11,263 bases of DNA from Planctomycetota bacterium (GTDB taxonomy: Bacteria > Planctomycetota > PLA2 > JAEUHO01), in the NCBI GenBank assembly GCA_050248855.1, contig JBFWRP010000052.1, positions 1 to 11,263 of the forward strand. Direction: 5' to 3'. A program made the position numbers and the translations under genes. This document shows, piece by piece, positions 7,352-11,263 of this stretch. The notes under the pieces are model-generated. The model did no database searches. It worked only from the letters and a program-made list of their open reading frames with translations, and had not been told where the DNA came from. Numbering within the stretch: the first letter of the stretch is position 1; each line of letters opens with the position of its first letter.

Positions 7352-8464
7352 TCAGGCGAGCGCGTCGAGCGCGGGGACGTACGCCATGTCGAAGGCTTCC
7401 GCCACGCCGCGGTGCGTGACCTTGCCCTTCCAGACGTTGAGCGCCGTGCGCAGCGGGGCGCTCTCGCGCACCGCGCTCTCCCCGCCCATGCGGGCCAGCG
7501 TGCGCACCCACGGCAGGGTCGCGTTGGTCAGGGCGTAGGTGCTGGTGCGGGCCACGGCGCCCGGCATGTTGGCCACGCCGTAGTGCACGACCCCGTCCAC
7601 GACGTAGGTGGGGTTGGCGTGGGTCGTGGCGTGGATCGTCTCGACGCAGCCCCCCTGGTCCACGGCCACGTCCACGATGACCGAGCCCTCGCGCATGAGG
7701 GCCAGGTACTCGCGGGGCACCAGCGTCGGGGCGCGCGCGCCCTCGAGCAGGACGGCGCCCACGAGCAGGTCGGCGTAGGGGACCCGCGTGCGGATGTTGA
7801 CGGCCGAGCTGTAGACGGTCGTGACGTTGGCGGGCATGACATCGTCGAGGTAGCGCAGGCGCTCCAGGTCGATGTCCATGATCGTGACGTGGGCACCCAT
7901 GCCCGCGGCCATCTTCGCCGCGTTCGTGCCCACGACGCCGCCGCCCAGGATGAGGACGTTGGCCGGGTCCACGCCGGGCACGCCGCCGAGCAGCACGCCG
8001 CGGCCGCCCTGCGCCTTCTCCAGGCAGTGTGCGCCGACCTGGATGGCCATGCGGCCGGCGACCTCGCTCATGGGCGTGAGCAGGGGCAGGCGGCGGCCGA
8101 TCTCGAGCGTCTCGTACGTGAAGCAGAGCGCGCCCGAGTCGATCATCGCGTCGGTCAGCTCGCGCGCCGCGGCGAAGTGGAAGTACGTGAAGACCAGCAG
8201 GTCCTTGCGGCAGCGGCCGTATTCGGCCGGCAGCGGCTCCTTGACCTTCACGATCATGTCGACCATCGACCAGAGCTCGTCGGGGTCGTCGACGAGCCGG
8301 GCCCCGGCTTCGACGAGCTCGTCGTCGGAGATCCCGCTGCCCAGGCCCGCGCCGCGCTCGACGAACACCTCGTGCCCGTCGGTGACGAGCGCTTCCACGC
8401 CCGCGGGCACCATCGCGATGCGGTTCTCGTTGGCCTTGATCTCGGTCGGCACGCCGATGCGCAT
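7352..8464 (-). CDS. ald: Alanine dehydrogenase, 370 aa
   Basis: ATG at 8464 after GGAGG. MRIGVPTEIKANENRIAM, VKVKEP, FTYFHFAA, LPLLTPMSEVAGRMA, NAD-binding GGGVVGTNAA, VDVAVDQGGCVET, HYGVANMPGAVARTSTYALTNAT. Confidence 0.98.
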   Translation of the reverse strand: MRIGVPTEIKANENRIAMVPAGVEALVTDGHEVFVERGAGLGSGISDDELVEAGARLVDDPDELWSMVDMIVKVKEPLPAEYGRCRKDLLVFTYFHFAAARELTDAMIDSGALCFTYETLEIGRRLPLLTPMSEVAGRMAIQVGAHCLEKAQGGRGVLLGGVPGVDPANVLILGGGVVGTNAAKMAAGMGAHVTIMDIDLERLRYLDDVMPANVTTVYSSAVNIRTRVPYADLLVGAVLLEGARAPTLVPREYLALMREGSVIVDVAVDQGGCVETIHATTHANPTYVVDGVVHYGVANMPGAVARTSTYALTNATLPWVRTLARMGGESAVRESAPLRTALNVWKGKVTHRGVAEAFDMAYVPALDALA

Positions 8465-8520
8465 GGGAACCCTCCGGCGAGCGGTCGCGTGCCTCCACGC
8501 GGTCGCCGCTCGGGGCCGGG

Positions 8521-8526
8521 AGTATA
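8521..8526 (-). promoter_or_regulatory. Possible -10 element for ald
   Basis: TATACT on the - strand, 56 nt upstream of the ald ATG, in otherwise very GC-rich DNA. No convincing -35. Confidence 0.3.
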
Positions 8527-8606
8527 GGTCTCTCACCCTGGCGCGCCGCGACAGGATCCGGGAGAGGAGCGGCCGACGCGAGGCCCGCGGGCGTCCCCGG
8601 GCTCGG

Positions 8607-9353
8607 CTACCCGTCCTTCTTCTTCACCGGGTCGTCGTCCGCCCGGTAGAAGCCCGCCGTCTTGACCATCCGGGCGCTGAAGATCCTCTCGGCCTGCTCT
8701 TCCCCGACCATCTCGGTCATGCGCTCCCGGAAGCGGGCCCGAAGCTCCTCGAAGGCGGGCTTGCGATCGGCCTGGGCGCCGCGCAGGCCCAGGTGCTCGT
8801 AGCCGCGGATCAGCTCGAGCGCCTCGTCCTGGTACTTGACGAGCGCTTGGACGACCTCCTGCATGCGGTCGGCCGGCAGGTCGACCTCCGCGCGCAAGAG
8901 GTCCTGGCGGAACAGGCCCTCGCGTTGCTCGATGATCTCGCGCCGCCGGACCTCATCGAGGTAGGTCCGCAGCACCGTCAGGGTGGGCTCGTTGAAGCGC
9001 CCCTCCTTGACCGCCTCGAGGTCACGCCCGTCCAAGAGGCCCCGCGCCGCCCCGTCGCCCGCCGCCAGCGTGCCGTCGACCCGCGTGACCACGTCCGTGA
9101 ACAGGTCCTGCAGGCTCTTCATCTTCGTCTCGAGCAGGGCCATGCGCGCCGTCAGCGCGGCCACGTCGCCGGCGCCACGGAGCGGCGGCGCCATCGGCGC
9201 GGCCGGACCGCCTTCCGTGGCGTCGTTCCCCGCGCCCAAGTCGGCGGCATCGACCGACGGCGTGCCCGCCGGCGTGCCGCGCAGCTGGTCGTAGAGGAAC
9301 AGGCCCCCCGCAACGAGGGCGGCCTGGACGAGGAGCAGGGGCAGGACCTTCAT
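8607..9353 (-). CDS. Hypothetical protein, 248 aa, N-terminal membrane anchor/signal and helical body
   Basis: ATG at 9353. MKVLPLLLVQAALVAGGLFLY (hydrophobic), an Ala/Gly/Pro linker, a coiled-coil-like VAALTARMALLETKMKSLQD, and a charged helical C-terminal half. Codon usage is host-like. Confidence 0.8.
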   Translation of the reverse strand: MKVLPLLLVQAALVAGGLFLYDQLRGTPAGTPSVDAADLGAGNDATEGGPAAPMAPPLRGAGDVAALTARMALLETKMKSLQDLFTDVVTRVDGTLAAGDGAARGLLDGRDLEAVKEGRFNEPTLTVLRTYLDEVRRREIIEQREGLFRQDLLRAEVDLPADRMQEVVQALVKYQDEALELIRGYEHLGLRGAQADRKPAFEELRARFRERMTEMVGEEQAERIFSARMVKTAGFYRADDDPVKKKDG

Positions 9354-9505
9354 GGCATCTCGCGGGGCGCGCCATCCGCGGCGCAGCCCCCCACCGTACC
9401 CCCACCCGAGCGCCGGTCCCGCCCGCGGCAACCACCGGTCGCCCCCCCGCCCCCGGATCCACGGGCCTTGGGCCGCGCCGAGCGCCCGCCACGCGCCGAC
9501 CCCAG

Positions 9506-9534
9506 TTGGGCATCGCCCGCCCCTCTGGCATACT
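9506..9534 (+). promoter_or_regulatory. Sigma70-type promoter of tRNA-Val
   Basis: TTGGGC (9506-9511), 17-nt spacer, extended -10 TG-G-CATACT (9529-9534), then a GC-rich discriminator CCCCGC. Ends 14 nt before the tRNA. Confidence 0.7.
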
Positions 9535-9548
9535 CCCCGCCCTGACCC

Positions 9549-9625
9549 GGGCGTTTAGCTCAGTTGGCTAGAGCACCAGCTCGACAAGCTGGGGGTCACT
9601 GGTTCGAGCCCAGTAACGCCCACCA
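9549..9625 (+). tRNA. tRNA-Val(GAC), 77 nt, CCA encoded
   Basis: Acceptor stem GGGCGTT/AACGCCC + A + CCA. D-arm GCTC AGTTGGCTA GAGC. Anticodon arm CCAGC-TC GAC AA-GCTGG (GAC at 9583-9585). T-arm ACTGG TTCGAGC CCAGT. Confidence 0.97.
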
Positions 9626-9641
9626 TCTCCCCACCGCGGTC

Positions 9642-9690
9642 ATCAGGCTCCAGAGCCTGATTGCAAGCCTCCGCGAGCCGTCGGCTCGCG
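9642..9690. repeat. Two short hairpins immediately downstream of the tRNA
   Basis: ATCAGGCT-CCAG-AGCCTGAT (9642-9661) and CGCGAGCC-GTC-GGCTCGCG (9672-9690). Possible terminator or processing structures. Confidence 0.55.
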
Positions 9691-9749
9691 TCGAGCACCA
9701 GCGGCTCCAGCGCAACGTCGCGCAGCTTCAAGCGCCGTTCCGCCACTCG

Positions 9750-9771
9750 CGTGTCAAAGCCCGCGTCAAAG
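9750..9771. repeat. Tandem imperfect direct repeat CGyGTCAAAG (possible integrase arm-type sites)
   Basis: CGTGTCAAAG (9750-9759) and CGCGTCAAAG (9762-9771), 12-bp period, about 125 bp from the tRNA 3' end. Confidence 0.4.
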
Positions 9772-9919
9772 TGAAGACGGGGCCGCGAGGGTCCGCGATG
9801 CCGCTTGGAACCAACACGGACCGACGTCCGTTCCGCCCCTCCGTTGGGTCTCGACGCCGCTACCGGCGTCTGTCGCGCCTCCTGGCGACGCGCATCGGGC
9901 GCGCGAGCGAGACGAGGCT

Positions 9920-10089
9920 GGCGATACGCGTCTTGACCACGCAGTTGGGGCCGGCCAGCACCAAGTTGGCGACCTCCTCGCGGACCTCTGCCGAGCACGC
10001 ATTCCATCAGGGTGTGGCCGAGCCTGCCCGGGCCACGCCCAGTCGAAGTCCACTATCGGCTTGAACGCGCCCAACTGTGTCGTTCTCCA
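9920..10089 (-). pseudogene. istB: IS21-family IstB (AAA+ helper) relic with two frameshifts
   Basis: Three consecutive frames join into WRTTQLGAFKPIVDFDWAWPG / RLGHTLMECVLG / EVREEVANLVLAGPNCVVKTRIA. This matches the IstB pattern LGxFKPxxDFDWxWP...NxVLxGPNGVGKT, with a degenerate Walker A. Confidence 0.75.
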
Positions 10090-10090
10090 C

Positions 10091-10480
10091 CTAAATGGGG
10101 GGGATGTACGTTGCGTGCGCCGCGATAGCGGACGCGAAGTACTGTCTCTTCAGCGCGGACAGCGATGTGGGGAACATGATGTTCGCGTGGTGCTCCGGCG
10201 GAGGATCCGCGGCCAAATGACAGAATTGCATCGTCGCCTTCTCGATCACAACCTCAGCTACCGTGACGTAGCCCAGTCTGTCAACGTCGGGAACGGCAGA
10301 TCGCAACTGCTCGATCCCCCCCCCTTCGCCCCACATGAAGACGGACGTAGTATGGCACTGGTCGCGAATCTCACCCGGCCTCGTGTCTGGCTCGAACGTC
10401 TTCCAGTACACATCCCCGGTGTCTGGCTTGACTTGATCCTTGAGTTTCCTGAGGCCTCTAAGGACTTCCCCCTGGTGCAT
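10091..10480 (-). CDS. Hypothetical protein, 129 aa; possible ADP-ribosyltransferase-like (Tse2/RES-like) fold
   Basis: Preferred ATG at 10480 (avoids overlap with the upstream ORF; the track start is 10558). Globular composition with EVLRGL, WKTF, TTSVF, VTVAEV, ADPPPEHHANI. Confidence 0.65.
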   Translation of the reverse strand: MHQGEVLRGLRKLKDQVKPDTGDVYWKTFEPDTRPGEIRDQCHTTSVFMWGEGGGIEQLRSAVPDVDRLGYVTVAEVVIEKATMQFCHLAADPPPEHHANIMFPTSLSALKRQYFASAIAAHATYIPPI

Positions 10481-10503
10481 GGCAGTGTGACGGGGCCGAA
10501 GCC

Positions 10504-11076
10504 CTACGCGGCTCGCCAAGCCTGTAGCGCGGAAGACGGCACCCCTCCCCGCACCCAATCGACGAGAAGTCGGGCTACGGAGAGGCCACCGGTCTCCGAG
10601 AGCATTGCGAATTCCTCTCCAGCGCCCATCGCGTTCCCCTGTTCAAGCGCGTACCAACCATACTTGAAGCGCGGACCGCTGATGTGCTCCACGACGACGC
10701 CAGCTCGGCGCCCGCCCAAGACCCACTCAACGGATGCCGATTCTTCTGCGACGTGCAGTACGCCCTCAGGCGCCCCTGCTTCTGCGGTGTCCGCCGCCCG
10801 CAGAACCTGCAGTAGGCCTTCGGAGTTACGCGTTACTCGCAACTGTCGAGCAACGATTGGTGAAGGTTCGCGGCTCTGGGGGCCAGGGCCCGGCGGCGGC
10901 CCAAGCAACGCCGTCCATTCCACCATCCCGGCGGCGTCGATCCTGCCGCGCGTGGCGTAGCCCCTGAACCACTCGTTCCAGCGTTGAAACTCGTCTGGCC
11001 TTGTGGCGGGCGCCAGACTGCGGGATTCTTCATCGCCGACCGGCCAACCCGCGAACTCATAGTGTCGGCGTGACAT
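10504..11076 (-). CDS. Hypothetical protein (190 aa from ATG 11076; start uncertain, frame is open to the window edge)
   Basis: The C-terminal half looks like a folded alpha/beta domain: APEGVLHVAEESASVEWVLGGRRAGVVVEH...YGWYALE...VARLLVDWV. Its stop is 23 nt before the ATG of the next ORF. The N-terminal part looks disordered. Confidence 0.55.
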   Translation of the reverse strand: MSRRHYEFAGWPVGDEESRSLAPATRPDEFQRWNEWFRGYATRGRIDAAGMVEWTALLGPPPGPGPQSREPSPIVARQLRVTRNSEGLLQVLRAADTAEAGAPEGVLHVAEESASVEWVLGGRRAGVVVEHISGPRFKYGWYALEQGNAMGAGEEFAMLSETGGLSVARLLVDWVRGGVPSSALQAWRAA

Positions 11077-11263
11077 ACTAGTCAGCGAATGCTGTCGAGA
11101 GCTCTCCTGGATGGCACCCTCGGTGGGAGGCCCCCGCCCTAGGAGTCTGCGCCACAGAACTGCGCTCGGGGTTTCTGGCGAAGTTCTCCCTTGGCCTGGG
11201 CGAGGTGCGGTCCAAAATTGGGCATGCAACCGTACTTCCGGCCCTACGAGCCCAATCAGCAGC

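Larger units (their letters stand above)
9626..11263. mobile_element. Edge of a putative tRNA-Val-integrated genomic island (runs off the window)
   Basis: Housekeeping genes end at the tRNA. IS relic present. GC drops to about 53-63% in sampled lines beyond 10080, with many A/T-ending codons and unknown ORFs. No integrase or second att copy in the window. Confidence 0.6.

Noticed and set aside
145..9545. Long alternative ORFs (145..1707+, 2453..3658 part of the 714-aa ORF, 4332..5837+, 5862..7538+, 7322..8527+, 7872..9545+, and the Arg/Pro-rich minus-strand ORFs)
   Set aside because: Antisense or off-frame shadows of well-supported genes, expected in stop-poor high-GC DNA; they have low-complexity composition and no motifs.
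9555..10064. ORFs 9555..10007(-) and 9564..10064(+) as genes or an integrase
   Set aside because: They overlap the tRNA (MVGVTGLEPVTPSLSS is the antisense tRNA translation) and the istB relic; no tyrosine or serine recombinase motifs.
2408..10480. Functional link between NadD/Ald (NAD metabolism) and the ART-like island gene
   Set aside because: They differ in GC and apparent origin, lie on opposite sides of the tRNA boundary, and nothing in the sequence connects them.
10061..10960. 299-aa plus-strand ORF
   Set aside because: Antisense to the two island ORFs, Ser/Pro/Arg-rich and motif-less; the minus-strand pair looks more protein-like. Not fully excluded.
11063..11084. Near match to the PafBC promoter motif (TGTCGG-N10-TA-N3-T): TGTCGG-CGTGACATAC-TA-GTC-A
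   Set aside because: The final T is missing, it is a single occurrence in foreign DNA, and the motif is defined in mycobacteria; probably chance.

Overview
High-GC bacterial DNA (about 70-77% GC by hand count of a few core lines). The lineage is uncertain; a diderm such as Planctomycetota or Myxococcota is my guess. Bases 1-9625 are a housekeeping region: serS (-), a small Cys-containing lipoprotein (-) with a long structured leader and trailer, a NadD fused to an approx. 6-helix membrane domain (-), miaA (+), a perfect 30-bp inverted repeat (REPIN/MITE-like), a lone PafB-like WYL regulator (-), a MATE transporter (-), alanine dehydrogenase (-), a membrane-anchored hypothetical protein (-) and tRNA-Val(GAC) (+) with a clear sigma70 promoter. 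After the tRNA the sequence looks like the edge of an integrated, decaying island: putative integrase arm-type repeats, a frameshifted IS21-family istB relic, and lower-GC DNA (about 53-63% in sampled lines). That DNA carries two co-oriented unknown genes, one with an R...S...H pattern suggestive of an ADP-ribosyltransferase-like fold. This pair is the best candidate for an undescribed toxin-antitoxin or defence module. All family assignments are from motif recognition only; no searches were run.
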